Assembly (NCBI GenBank): GCA_013265495.1
Contig: MU057719.1
Location: 558,001-622,000 of the forward strand
DNA: 64,000 nt
Origin: Vicugna vicugna
Lineage: Eukaryota
Reading direction: 5' to 3'
The translations under genes were made by a program, and so were the position numbers. Positions 1 to 13,352 of the stretch are shown piece after piece (position 1 is the stretch's first letter; the number at the start of each line of letters is the position of its first letter). The notes beneath the pieces were generated by a model. The model saw only the letters and a list, made by a program, of their open reading frames with translations, had not been told where the DNA came from and made no database searches.

Positions 1-3000
1 TCTAGGGGTGCGTCCCCTCCTGGGACGGCAGCGTGCTCTGTGATGGGGCGCCCGGGCTCCCCTCCCCACCCGCCGGCCCCGCTTCCAGGTGGGTCCTGGA
101 CTTCTCTGCCCTCCTGGGACAACCGGGTGTCAGAGGTGGCACAGGACACGGAGGGCAGGAAGGGAATTAGCCCCCTGTGTCCCCTCCCTGGGCCTCAGTG
201 TGGGGTCATGGGGGGTGGCTCACTGGCCAATCCCACGTGTTTGCTGGACGTGCCCTGCGCTAGACTGGACGCTGCGCCCTGCCCTCGGGGAGCTCTGAGC
301 AGGAAGGAGATGCCAGTGGTGCACTGGCCAGAGTCGCAATGTGCCGTGAGGGACGGGACTGGCTGGGGCCGACCCTGGAGGGCCTTTTCTGTGGGGGGCG
401 TCCGGGACCAGGAGGGTCTGAGAGGTGGGGGGGCAGTGAGGAGGAGGCGGGGGTTGGTGGGTCCCGACGGGTTCTCTCCAGGGAGGATGCGGCGCCCACC
501 AGCCTTGCTGGGAGCCGGAGCGGAGGTGAGGCCGGCCGCGGGGCCGCACCTCAGTTTAGGCTGGCTTCTTCCCTCCGCCTTTTCACTCCAGCAGGCCAGG
601 CCCCCCTCCTCCTCGCCTCTCTCCTCCCCCGAGTGACCCCAAGGACCGCTGCAGGGGTGACAGGCCCCTCTCTGGCCTCTGCCCTCCTGTGCTCTCGGGG
701 GGGGGGTGCGCCCCGCCCCCTCCCTTCTGCACCGTTTGTGCCTCTGTGATCATCTGAGGTGCGCTGGGAACCGCCGGTGACTGTCACTCTCTTTGTTACT
801 TTCGGCCTGGTTGTTTGGAAACTCATCAGGCTTGGCATTTATTTACAAAGCATGGGTGGCCCGGCCCGCGCCAAGCGAGAACAGGAGAGTGACTTACGAG
901 GAAGCGGCAGGTCCTAGGAAATGTCAGCATCTCCCTCCAGAGCCCATAAATTAGCTGTGATTCCGGCGAGACTCTCTCCATCCCGTAAATCTGCTCCGAG
1001 CGGGCGTCAGCAACTCTGTGGAGCTTGGAGGTAGTCACCTGGCGGCCTGCTCCGTCCCTCGGCTTTACTGGACCAGCTGGATCGAAGCGCCTTCTCCCCA
1101 CCCTGCCTCCTGGTCCCCAAGGTCAGCGGGGAAGCTGGGGCGCCTTCAGTCTTTGTGCGGGGACAAGTGAACGGCCCAGATCGGCCTCAGTTCAGAGCAG
1201 TGGCGGGGGCTGGGTAGCTGGCCTCACGCAGCAGGTCCTCACGTGCCCGGGGGAGGAGTGGTGCTCCTCCGAGCCGGAGGCCGGCTGGCTGGGCTTGTTG
1301 GCCCTGATGATGGCGGGCCTGTGAGGTTTGCATTTCTGTAACTGGGGACATGGGTGCAGCACCCCAGCGGGGCTTGCGTCCTGGGTGGTGTCTCCCTGCC
1401 CCACGTCCTTGGACGTGCAGTTTGTGCCTTGGTTGCAGGAAGTGTGGGGGACAGCGTAGCTGCCCAAGATCCAAGCCAGGGCCTCCCCTTGGACGCTGAC
1501 CAGCCAGCCTGGTCGGGGGAGGGTGGGTGTGGCCTCACTCCCCCCGATTGGCAGGCCCGTGCCCCCTGCAGGTTGCTGTGTCTGTCTGTGGTGGAGGGAG
1601 GGGGTGTGGTGGTCCCCGAGGTTTCCCGGCCCCTGTGACCTGGGTGGGTCCCAGATGTGCTGTGGGGAAGCGGGGGCTCCACATGTCGGGAGAGAAGGCT
1701 CTGGAGGGGCCCACCGCCCACAGCTGCCTGGCCCTGGTGGATCTGAGGTCAGTGGTTTGACCTTCAAGCTGTCCTGGGATTCTGTGACGTGAGGTCGTTG
1801 GTGATTGCAGAGCTTTGATTTGTGTGCAGAGCCCTGGGGTGTGGGGTCAGGGTCTTGGTCTCAGGGGGCACCCAGCAGCCCCCAGCCATGGTTGCACCAG
1901 TGTTTCATGCTCCTGATCACTCTTGGGAGTGACAAGAACATGGGCCGTTTGAGGGAAATGGTTCAAGGGGCGCCAGGGGCAGCTGGGCAGGCCTGGGTGG
2001 CTGTACCCGGGCGGAGGGGCACAGAAAGGGGACCCTGTCCTCAGGGGGCCCTCCCCAGAGCGGTCATCCTCGTGCTGCGGGGTGTGGGTGGGGGACTTGG
2101 TAGGTGACTGTGCACTTGGCCGCTGGCTCAGCCCCGACTCCCGGGAGGAGGTTCCGGGCTGTCCTGCTGCCCCTGTGCTGTCTGTGCCCCGCCAGCCCCC
2201 CTCACCCGTCCTCCTGTCCGTGAGCACTGGCTGTGTCCCGCTCCGTGCCCATCCCCCTCGCCTGACTGCTCAGCACAGGGACGCTGGTGCCACAGCGCTG
2301 GGTGCCAGTCTGGGGCACCTTCATGTACAGGTGGAAATGCCGCTCGTTCTTAACTCAGGCAGCGTTTTGAGGCCCTCCAGTGTGCAGATTTGTAACGCTT
2401 GGAGGCCCAGGGAGGGCCCCTTTCCACACCCTCAGTGCCTGGGGGGGCTCCTCAGGGAGGTGGGCTTCCCCAGTCCTTCCGAAGGGCTGACTGGCACCTT
2501 GGACGGAGCGTGTGCCCCGAGACCCAGGGACAGTACGGGACACACTGAGGGCTGCTGGTGCCCGCTGCACTGAGTCCACAGCGTTCTCAGCGTTCCAACG
2601 TTGGTGTCAGTTACCTTTTCTTCAAGTTGCTAAGAAAAAAAAATCTGAAAAGCCACACGTCATTTGTGTTAACATCGTCCCCTCGTCAGTACAAATCTGG
2701 AAGAAACAGACAGCTTATGGAAGGTTTTGGGATAAAATCAAAACGGAATTAAAGCATTACACGGAACTGAAACGTCACTTCCACGAACAAAGCGGTGTGC
2801 AAACATGACTGACTTAGCGACCAGCATCGAGGGCCTCCCTTGCAGGCGGGCCGCGGAAACGCACTGGCTGTGAGCGGGGCCGGGGGCCGGGCATGCGGCC
2901 GTGGCTGGCGGGACGCGGTGCTGGTCACCGGCCCGTGTCTGTGCTGAGAGCCTCCCTGACTTTTATAAGGACTTCGGTGCAGCTGCTGATGAAGGAGACA

Positions 3001-3071
3001 CAGACTCAGTCGACAGCTTTGGCCTTTTCAAGGCGGCTTTTTTGCCAATGTGTCGAAGCCAATGTTCTCAC

Positions 3072-3480
3072 TTAAAAAATATAACAGCTTTATTGAGATA
3101 TAATTCACATACCACTGAGTTCACCCTTTTGAAGTGTACACTCGGCGCTTTTTAGTATGTATACTCACAGCGTTGTCTAATTCCAGAACGTTTCATCGCC
3201 CCAAAAAACCCCCCATAGCTCTTAGCAGCCACCCCCGTCTCCGCGCCCCCCCCCCGCCCAGCCTCCCCCAGCCCCAGGCAGCCCTGCACCCGCTTTCCGG
3301 CTCCTGGGTTTAGCCATTCTGGACGTTTCGTGTGGAGTGACTCATGCAGCACGTGGCTCTGGGTCTGGCTTTGTCACTGAGCGTGATATTTTGGAGGTTC
3401 TGGTCTCAGAACTTCATTCCTTTTGGTGGCTGAGTAACGTTCCATTTATCCGTGTATCTGTTGATGGATGTTCGAGTTCA
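3072..3480 (-). mobile_element. Old L1 (L1MB/MC-type) 3' end fragment
   Basis: cagctttattgagatataattcacataccac...ttttgaagtgtaca...ctggctttgtcactgagcgtgatattttggagg resembles the antisense L1M 3' UTR. Confidence 0.8.
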
Positions 3481-6400
3481 TCATTTTAATTCTTAGTAAT
3501 TTCTGTCCAAGAGATTATACATGCGCACAGGGCACAAAGGCCATCCAGTCAGGCCGTCGGGCTTGCAGTGGAGAGCGGCGGTCCCCTCCCCCCAGGCCCC
3601 GCCAGGGCTGCACTTTCTTTTTTGACTGTCTCTCAGTCTCCTTGGTCACCTCTCTGGCTCTCCACGATGCGCTCACCGCCCTGGCGCTTGCCTTACTGGC
3701 TGTAAACATCTCCTCACTCCTGGCTGGGGGGTCGCCTCCCCTCCCTCCCTGCCCCTGACTTTTAGATTAGCATCTTCCACTCCCCAAACCCCGTCATCCT
3801 CACCCCGTGTGTTCTCCCTTTCCTGCCCCCTCCTCTCGTCTCCAGAGCATCGGCCTCCTGCCCTTCCTTCCCCAGCCCCCTCTTCCTGCCTCCCCCGTCT
3901 GACGGAACTGCTTTGTGTTCTGACCAGTGTCGTCCTCTGCCTTTGGGGGGATGCGGTGCTGGGGCTGAGCGCGTGGGGCTGTGCGGACACTGCAGGCCCA
4001 GGCGGGCGACAGGTGCGCACGCCTGAGTCACGAGCTTTCTTTCCCTGGGCGCCGGGGTCCGGGTGCCAGGGCCGGAGGCCGCCTCGGTGCGCTGTGTTCC
4101 GGGGAGAGGCCCATGGGCTCCCTTAGAGTCTCGGGGGTTCCGAGGGCCCCCTGGGGCTGTGTCTGCCTGGACTGAGTGGGAAGGGCTGGCCCCTCCTCTT
4201 CCGGCCAGGGCTGCCACCCTCCCCCCGCCCCCGCGGCTGTGGTCGCCTCAGGCCCAGGGATCCTCCCTGGACTAAGGGTTAGTTTCCTTCCTTCCTCCTT
4301 AGAGGAGCTCAGGAGCGGTTTTTCAGTGGCTGAAGCTGAGCTCGGCCCTGGGTTTCCCAGCCCGGTGGCCCCTGAGCCCCAGCCCATCCCTGTGTGGCCC
4401 CTCCCCGGCCCCTCCTCTCGCTGCAGCCTGGGCCCCGTCCTCTGACTCAGGCCCGGTCCCCAGACGACATCCACTCAGGGTGACCGCTGGGCTGCCCTTT
4501 GTCCAGGCTCCGTCTCAGGCAGTGGGAATCATCGGGGACCCTTGCAGGCTGGCTTCTGGGGACCCCGGGGCGGATCCCCCGAGAGACCCTGGGCAGGTGA
4601 CTTCATCCTGTCCCTGCTTGAGTGTGTTTGTAGATTGCGGGGCGAGCCTTCTCTAAAGGGTGTTTGCTTTCCCTGCCCCTCGCCTCCTGCCTGGTTTCCA
4701 AAATAAACAGAGGCCTGTTTTGTTCAGAGGACGCTCCCCAGCTCACAAACCACTCGCCCCCGCATGAGCCAGGATGGCCTCGAATCCAACCTGCACAGCC
4801 CTGTACACTCACCCTGGAGCCCGGCCTGTCCCCGAGGCTCCCTGGGGCCCCCAGCTGCACCGTCACCGAGGGTCTCGTGGTCTCCCTCCTCCCCCCGCCC
4901 CCCGCATCCCCCTCTCCACGCTCTGCCTGCTGCGGGGCTGAGGACACGTGGCGGGGGGCAGGAGCCCCACGTCCAGGGCGCAGGGTGGTGGGGGGGGCGG
5001 CTCACGTGCCTCCTTCTGCCTCTTTCTTGGCTGCTGCCTCGTCTCCTGGTCCCTGAGAGGACTGGTCCTCGTGTGAGGTATCAGCCCTGTGTCTGGAATG
5101 TTCTCCACTAACAGGGCGGAAAAGCTGCCTGCCTTTGGTTCCCCGGGCCCCCTGCGCCGAGCCCATGGGCACCCTGAGCCCGGGAAGCCTAGGGGAGCGG
5201 GTCAGGCGAGCCCCACTCCAGATCCCAGGAGGGCGGCTGGCGGGCTCAGGTGCCCCCCAGGAAGAATTAGCCCGGTCCTGCCGGGTCCCCTCACCCTGCC
5301 GGGGCCGGGGGCCGCCGGGAGCCCCTGTGCGTGTTCTCCATGTGCCGTCTGTCCTGCTGTTGGAGGCTCAGGCCGCGTGGTGCCGACGGGCGAGGTTCTG
5401 GGGAAAGCGTGCGCGAGAGTTGGGCGGGGCGTCGGCTTCGGTGGGTGAATGTCGGGGGGCCGCACGGGGGGCCGGCAGTGGTGCAGCGGCCCCCGGCTGA
5501 CCCCAGGACCAGCCTGGGCCCCAGCCTGGTGTGCGGGGGTGGAGGGCGTCTCCAGAGCTCTGCTCGTCTCCTTTCTCTGCTGAGAGCCGGCCGCGTCCGC
5601 ACGGGAGAGCTGCCCCTCCACCCACACGAGAGCCCCGAGGCTCTGGGGCAGCGGTGGCTTAATGCCTCAGTGCGGGCTGGTGCTGGGGGTGGGCTTGGAC
5701 CTGGGGGTCCCGATTTCCAGGCCAGGGCGTGGGGTCAGATGTTCTCCGTTTCTGCCCCTCTCAGCCTCACCCTGGACAGAGCTGGAGCAGCCCGGGCTGG
5801 GGCGGGCACTTGATTTAGGACGCACTGCGCCGCAGGCTGGCCAGTGCCCAGTGGCCTGTGTCGTGTGCCCCGTGTTCTTCTGTCCCGTGTCCTGTGCCCT
5901 GTCCCCTCTGCTCTGTGCCCTGTGTCCTGTGGCCCATGGCCCGTGTCCTGGCTCAGCACAGTGAGCAGGGCCGAGCTGACCCCTCTCCTGGGCAGGTGGG
6001 CTGGGAGCTGGTCGGAGGTGCTGGCTAGAGCCCGATGCTGGGGTCGGGGAGGCTGGCTGCTGGTCCTCCTGGCCGTGGGTGGACAGCAGAGACCAGTCCA
6101 GAGCAGAGGGCGGGAGAGAGTGGGAGTGAGGGAGAAGAGGAGCCGCTGCCTGGGGAAGCGGAGGTTGGAGACCGTGTCCCCCGAGGTGGCCCTGCCAGCC
6201 TCCCTGTGCCCCGGCTGCGCCTGCCGTGGGTCCCCGCATTTCCTCTGTTCCTTGTGGGCCCTTATTTATCGCCACCACCTTGGGCATGATTCTGGTTCTC
6301 GCCCTCAAGAGCCTTGATGAGAGGAGTCTCTTTGTTTTCACTTTCTTTTTTTTGCAACTCTGCCTCCTTATTGCATTTGAACTTCCCCTCTTCAGACCGG

Positions 6401-6494
6401 AAAATGCCCAAATGGATGTTAGGAGATCTGAATATTTTTGTATGTTAGTTGTAGAAGATGGCTGGTCCTTGCTGGCTGGGGAAGACCAATGGCT

Positions 6495-6922
6495 GGTGGT
6501 GAGACGGGTGTGGCTGCTCAAACAGGAGAGCTTGTGAAAGCAGCTAAACACAGTCTTTCTCTCTCTAGTGCAGAAGTCTGGGCAGCACCGTGGTCTCCGC
6601 AGCTCTGGCTCGCACATCCCTCGCTCTGCCATCCCTGTTCCCAGCATGTGGCCTCCTCGTGGTACAGGATGGCTGCTCGGCTTCTGCCATTACATCCATG
6701 CTCCATTCCGTGCATCAGGGAAGAAAAAGGGGGAGGCAGCACTTTTCTATTAAGAGCAGGGATCTTCTTCCCAGCTTTCTATTTTTTACCCAGTGTTCTC
6801 GCTGCAAGAGGGGATGGGAAGTGGGAGCTGTAGCCAGGCAGCCCTGTGTTCATTGGGAACTCATTTCTTGCGAAGGAGGGAGAGAGATCTGGGGGGTGGG
6901 GCGGCTAGGAGACTTTGCCACA
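6495..6922 (-). mobile_element. MaLR LTR, MLT1J/K-like
   Basis: caggatggctgct...ccattacatcc, tcgctgcaagaggggatgggaagtggg and terminal ctttgccaca are typical of antisense MLT1J/K. Confidence 0.65.
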
Positions 6923-7734
6923 TGTGGGGACAGCTAAGGTCCCATTCCCTCCTCTTGGATTTTTTCCCTTCTGCTGTTCTTGAAGAGAAGCAATCAGATC
7001 ACGGGCCAGGAACCACAGTGTGTGTGCACTGCTGGGCCCACTGCAGACATTACTCCTTGAGTCCCGGCGGCTGGTGGGAGGTGGGTGCCATCAGCCCTTT
7101 ATCACAGGTGCGGAGGCCCAGGCGCAGACTGCTCTGTGTGACCGCGCGAGGCTGGGTTCGAGGCCATGCCTGCCTGACTCCCCAGCTGGAACCGTCACCT
7201 GGGCTCTATCTTTGGCTCACGCCCCAGTTTCTGCCCCTAAGACCTCTCCCAGGTGCAGAGCCCCACGCCCCGTGGGTGTGCAGGGCTGCCACGCCTCCCT
7301 CGTGGGCCCAGGCCCCCCACAGTGCCCGCCGATCGCCCTCCACAGGGACGTGCGCCCGGGTGCTGTCAGTTATCTTTGCTCGTCCCATGCCGGGTCCGCA
7401 TCCCCTTCCCCTGCGAGGATGGTAGCTGGTGGGTCGTCCCAGTAGTGGCCCCTCTGAGTCCTGTGTCATTCACGGGAAGTACTCATCTTGCAGATCCGAC
7501 GCCTCCTGGGCAGACGCTGCGGGGTCCCCGGCCTTGTATCCATGTCGACCTGTGGAGCGTCAGCAGGGCGCCGTCACATTCGGGAAGCCCGACCAGGTCT
7601 CAGCAGGGCCAGGGGAGACACAAGAGAACACACTTTTCTGAGTGAATGACCTTGTGAGCAGAGAGCTGGGCACCATGTCTCCGAGCCCCTTCGGTCCTCA
7701 GCACTCCCTCTGGGGCGGGGGCCGTGCTGATTCT

Positions 7735-7795
7735 AATTTCCTGGATGAGGAACCTGGGCCACGAGATGGGAGGTGACTTGTCCAGGGTCACGTGA
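7735..7795 (-). mobile_element. MIR core fragment
   Basis: ggatgaggaacctgggcc...gtgacttgtccagggtcac resembles the reverse MIR core. Confidence 0.65.
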
Positions 7796-7829
7796 CATTT
7801 GTTCCAGCCTCTTGTCCGTGGTTTCACGG

Positions 7830-7880
7830 GCATGACCCTGGGCAGCGCCCGGCCTCTCTGGGCCTCAACTTCCCAAGTTG
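7830..7880 (+). mobile_element. MIR core fragment, inverted relative to its neighbour
   Basis: tgaccctgggcag...cctctctgggcctcaacttccc resembles the forward MIR core. Confidence 0.6.
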
Positions 7881-8539
7881 AAGCAAAGGAATAGATGATG
7901 GCTGAGGCGTCCGCGTCCCTTCTGTCCCCTGACCCATCTTACCTGGAGAAGGTCAGCGGTGGGACTTCTCCTGGAGGTCGAGTCCCTGCGTGCCCCCCCG
8001 CCGCCGACGCCCAAGGGGCTCTCAGGCCTGAGCCTTGCATGGTGCCCGGCAGGGATGTCCTTGACGGACACTCCGTGTAAGCGGCGATGACGTGTCGTCC
8101 TCCTGAGTGACTGGCCGTCTCACGGGGCCCCCGCCCTCTAATTGGGAGATGTGTCACTTTTGCTTCTGCAGAGCGGGAAGAATTAAATAGTGCGTGCAGA
8201 CAATTAATCTTGCTAATGGCAGCCTCTCTGGGTCTGGATTCAAGGTGTTAAGTACGCGGAAGCCCGCTGATGGGTGACGCCCTTGGAACAAGTCGTTTAG
8301 CTCAGGCCTGTGACGCTGGCTGGGGTGAGACCCGGGATTGCTGGCTTTGGCCCTCCGGAGGACGTGCGCCTCGTGCGGCCGCGGCGAGGCCGGGCCCCGG
8401 GTGTGAACGCCGCCGGGGAGCGCGTGCGGGTTCCTGTGGGAAGTGCCTGGGGGGACCGCCCGGCCCGGGTGGGGGGGCTGGCGCTAAAGAGCCGACGACG
8501 TCCAGAAGGTGCTGCCGCTGCGTCCTCGCTCCCAGCGGC

Positions 8540-8640
8540 TTTTTTGTTTTGTTTTGTTTTACTTGTGGTGAGATCCACACAGAATTTGCCTTCCAGCCGT
8601 TTTGAGGTGTAAGTTCCGTGGCACTGGCGTGTGCAGGAAA
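8540..8640 (-). mobile_element. Short L1M 3' terminus with (TTTTG)n tail
   Basis: ttttgttttgttttacttgtggtgagatccacacagaatttgcc...ttttgaggtgtaagttccgtggc. Confidence 0.65.
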
Positions 8641-10699
8641 ACCAGACCTGGGCGGTCGTATGGAGCTGAAAGCAGACTGTGGTCGGGGCTGCTGCAGTGG
8701 GGGACAGTGACGCTGGTGTCGCGCTGGGCTTGACGCTGGACGCGGCCTGGGCGTGAGGGAGGGCCGTGAGCCGGGCGAGCAGGCAAGCTGCTATGAGGAG
8801 GCAGGGGGCAGGGGTTCTGGCCAGGCTGACCGAGGGCCCTTGCCCAGGACTGTCCGGGGCACCCAGACAGACATCCCCTGGGCGGGCGTGGGAATGGGGA
8901 GCTGGATCAGACCTCAGGGTGTCTCCCTGGCGGGTTCATCCCTTCACGAGTGGGACCCTGATTCACGGAGGGCTGAGCAGCCGGGGCCCGAGCCCAGGTC
9001 CGACCTGCCCCCCTCACCCCGCACCTTCCTCGTTGGAGCCGGGCGTGGCGGGTGTGGGGTGTGCCCACCGCGGCTGGGTTTTCCCTGCAGCTCACCTGAG
9101 TGGGGCCCCTGGAAAAGGCTGCTTTCGCTCCAAGTGTGTTGTTTATTGTTCTGCTTCAGAGGGACTCTCTCTCTCTCCATCGGGGGCAGGTGGCTCATCC
9201 AGCACTTGCCTTCCCCTCCCACCTGCGTCCGGGGCCGTGCTGGGCAGGGAGCCGGGCGTCCCCGCGTGGCTGGGATGCTCTGTCGCCTCCACAGCCAGCA
9301 GGACCTCTGGCAGTCACCTCCCCTCCGGGCCTCCGTCCCTCATCTTTCAACAGGATGGGGGCTCACCCAGGGGTTATGGGGACACTGCGAGAAACTGAGA
9401 CGGGCTGGCGGCCGGCTGTGATGAGCACTGTCGTCCCTGTGGCTGTGGCTGGCTCCCCCGAGCCCCACACTCCTTCCTGCTGTCCGTGGGTGCCGGGGCA
9501 TCCAGGAGGGTGCCGGAGTCCTCGCAGCACCTCCTGGGATGAGCGTGGGGCCCGTGTGTGTCCTGAGGCTGGTAGGGGGTCTGCTGGGGCAGGGGGCTGC
9601 TGGCCGGTAATTACTTTTTCCAGAGAGGTGGGTTCATAGGACCCAGAGAGTTCCCTGGGCCCAGCTGTCCACATCTCTGAAAGCCTGGCTTCCTCTTGGG
9701 CACCCCCTCCCTGGGAGCAGCGGGTGGGTGGCTCGGAGCAGCTGAGGTCTGCTTTGTTCCCCATTCGGGGGCCTGTGTGGCCTCGGTGGCCCCACCCCCA
9801 CCCCATCCCTGGGCCGTGTTATTTATGCTTCCAGGCAATTAGTTTTTGCAGGGAATCTCTGAGGACTCCATCAGGGTGGAGAGGTCACTTCCCACTGAGC
9901 GGGCCCAGCAGATGGCCCCCCACCCGCCCTGCCCCACCACGAAGGAGGGCATGGCTTGTGACAGTGCACTGCTGTCCTGGGCCGTGCCAGGCTGCTGCCC
10001 GCTGGCTCTCTGGGCCCCACCCGGGGCTACTACCCCCACCAGGAAGCACCCTACTGCTGCAGAGGGGGCAGACCGGTCTCTTGAGGCCTCAGTCCTGCCT
10101 TTGTCCTGCCAAGAGCGGTCCTGTCTGTGATCTGGGAGGAAAGTCCTGCCCTCTGGGCCATGCCTCCCTCGGGGTCCAAGGGCCTGGCTTGGGAAGGGGA
10201 GCCCTCTGCACGGAGCAGCGGGAGAGTAGGGTGCAGATCGCAGGTGCGGCCTCTGCAGGCCAGAGTCTCAGGCCCCTCGGCCTTGCTACACAGCGACCTG
10301 GGGCTGTGGCCGGGCCTTCTCTGGCTTAGTTTGCTGTCTGTCTTGTGGGGGGGTCATCGCCATGCCTCCTGAGGGGGTGGGTGGCTCGGTGGCTCAGAGG
10401 CTCAAGGAGTCCTCTACAGTGTGCGAGGCCCAGCCTGGTATGTGGAGGCCCGCAGGCAGGTGGGTGCTGGGTGCCAAATGCCGCGCCCCCCCAAGCAGTC
10501 GCGGGTTCTGCCAGGTCCTGCCTTTGGTTGGGGTTTTCGCTGCATCATTCATAAGGGCCTCTTAGCTTCACCTGGGGGGGACTGGGAATTCACGACAGCT
10601 CCCTGCTGACGGGGCGGACCCTTAAACATACTTCCTCCTGCAGGCAGTGGGCCCCCTCCATGTCCAGTGTGCTCCTTCAGTTTCCACAGTGACCAGGGA

Positions 10700-10790
10700 A
10701 ACAGGCACTGATTATGCCCATGGGCCTTCTTTCAGTAGACCGGGAAACTGAGGCAGGATGTGATCAGCTGCCTGAGTCACGGCCAGGGGG
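10700..10790 (-). mobile_element. MIR fragment
   Basis: gggaaactgaggcagg...ctgcctgagtcacggc. Confidence 0.55.
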
Positions 10791-13352
10791 CAGCGGGGGC
10801 GGTGGGGGCGGGCAGGCTGGCTCCTCCCCTTCACAGGGAATCCTTTGATGGGACCATCAGAGAGAGGAGGGGGGGTGGCCTCTGGAGGTGCGTGTTCTCT
10901 GGGTGCCGATGGCTCCTAGGGTGGGAGGGCCCGTGGATGCCCACTTGCTCCTGAGGCTTCAGGATTAGACCTCGTACCAGGCCCGACCCCTCGAGGCCTT
11001 TGCTCCTGGGGGGCGGTGTTCCAGGGCTGTGCCCGGGGGAGCCCTCCCATCAGAGACCACTATGCGGCTGGTTGCCCAGGAGAGAGCCACAGAACGGGGT
11101 GCCCTCTGGACTCAGGCTGGTGGTGGGGGGTGCACTTGTGCGTGCCCACGTGGTGAACGCTCCGTCCTGCTGCTGCTGGTGGCACCACGACGCTCCTGTA
11201 GGTCTGGTGACTAACTGTAGAGGGTCCTGCGCGAGGTCCGACGTGGAGATGAGACTGCGTGTCCGGTGGGAGTTACACGCATCAGCACCAACGCAAGGGC
11301 TCCTAGTGTGCAAAGCCCTTTGCTAGAGTCTCCTTTGGTGCCCGGACCTGGGCGGGTGCTGGGCGGGCACTGTGCCCCGTGCAGAGCGGGGGCTGGTTCC
11401 AGTCCCTCACTTGGGCCCCAGTGCTGGCCCCCAGCACCCCCGCCCCGCAGCCTGCATGCAGTGCCCACGCCTTCATCCTCCCCCCGATGCTGGCGAGGAG
11501 CAGTTGGTTGTGTTGATCTAAGCCCTGGGCTGAATCCCCCTGCCCGGTTCCCATGGGGCTCACCCCACAGGCTGTGTCATGGGCTGGGCTGTGGAGTGAC
11601 GCGTGGGGCGTGGGTCTTGCTGTAGGGACCTGGGGGTGAGAGCCTGGGCTTGTCCGGGGTCAGGGGGTGTCCCGTGATGGCTGCACGCACAGCCAGGCCT
11701 GCAGACAGGGTCGGATGTTGAACCAAGTGTCTCTCGATGTAAAAGTTGACCTGGGGGCCTGGGGACAGTCTTCCAGCTCTCAGCCTGGACTGTGGGGGTC
11801 CTGCTTGGAGGTCTAGTTGGCTGTGCCGAGAGGCCCCCCTCCGGCCCCCGAATCCCCATGAGGTCACACCAGGGCTCCCTGGGACGGGGCCACTCCACAT
11901 TCCTGGCACAGCAGACAGACCGAGAAGTCTTGGAGCAGAGATGTGCCGGGGACCATGAGAGCTGATCCGGACAAAACACACTAAAACGGCCCCTGGGGTT
12001 TGGCACAGAATCACTGGGTCTCACCTGCTGGCTCTTTGTGGAGGATGGGTGCGCCCCCATCCTGCCCTCCCCTTGGCCTTCACTGGTTTCTCTCTCTCTT
12101 CTCTGGGCCGCTCTGTGCCCCACCGCCCATGCTGCTCAGCCTCCTGTGTGCGCTCTTCTGATATTTGAAACAGAAGGTTCGTCTCATCGTCCAGCAGAGT
12201 CATGGCAATGGTGGGTCCCCAAGGTAGTGGAGAGCGGTGCCTGAGCTTTGAGCACCTGAGCTGCGTTGTCACGGCCTGGCGCCCACGGCGGGGGCTGAAC
12301 CAGTGGCTGTGCTCCCTCTGGCCCAGAGGGGAGCGGGGGCGCTTCCGGGCAGCCCCACTGGGCCACGTGAGCCGGGGGCAGCGTGGAGCGCGGGCTTGTC
12401 TCCACCTCGGGGCTTCTGCACTTCACGGGGCGATGGGCTTGAGGAGGCCCTTCACTTCAGAGCTGTCGGATGGCTGCGGGGGGACAGGGTCGGGGGCACA
12501 GGGAATGTCGCCTGTCACTTGGGGCCACGCCTTGGGAGCAGGGCTGCCCCGAGGTCACGCCTCACCTGCCCCCATGGGACGCACGAGCTGGGCTGGGCGC
12601 TGGTGTGCAGTGTGAGTAGTAACCATCCGCTCCCCGAGGTGCGTGATTGAAGCCCTCGTGAGTGCACAGTGGGCTCAAGGGAAGCGTCGGCGAGTTGGAG
12701 TCCTCAGATCAAGCCTCATTTAGGAATTAAGGAGAAACCCAGGTCCCTGCTCACCCCTGTGACAGGGACACCTGAGCACATGCACCTTGAAATTGCTGGA
12801 GAAGCCAGGGCGGGTGGCGCAGGTCTGCATGCGGGCCGAGCAGATGGCCCCATGCGCTTCCCACCACCCCTCTCCCAGTTGAATGTGCTCAGAGGTTTGG
12901 AAGAATCACAGGATGCTCTGGAGCCAGCGAAGCCACCGCTTCAGAAAAGATTCGCAGGTTTTGTTGAATATGGATTGTGCCTTCCCAGCCCTGGAGAGGC
13001 CTCCCGGGTCCAAGTCGTCCACACTCTGCCTGTCCGCCCGCGTGCCGCAGGTGGAGTGAACGGGCCCTCCTGGGAGGACTTACAGGCCGGGGTGAGCTGG
13101 GGACAGCCCTGCACCCCCGCTGTGTGGGCCCCCTCGCGCTCATGGTGGCTGGGCTGGAAGCGGGGACAGGGGGCTGATGCAGACCCAGGACAGGGCCCAG
13201 GTGTCCCTGGGGGTCCCACCTGCTCCCCTCTGGGAGTTCCCTTCGTGTGCATTCTGTTCTCACTGAGCCTCACCCGGAGGCTTCCAGCTGTGTGGTTCTG
13301 AATGACTAAAGCTGATTAAATGTCTCTGGGCTCTAGGTGTAAAGCTGAAAGG

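Noticed and set aside
6226-6537. Hydrophobic 103-aa ORF resembling a membrane protein
   Set aside because: Hydrophobicity comes from a T-rich tract, and the ORF runs into an LTR.
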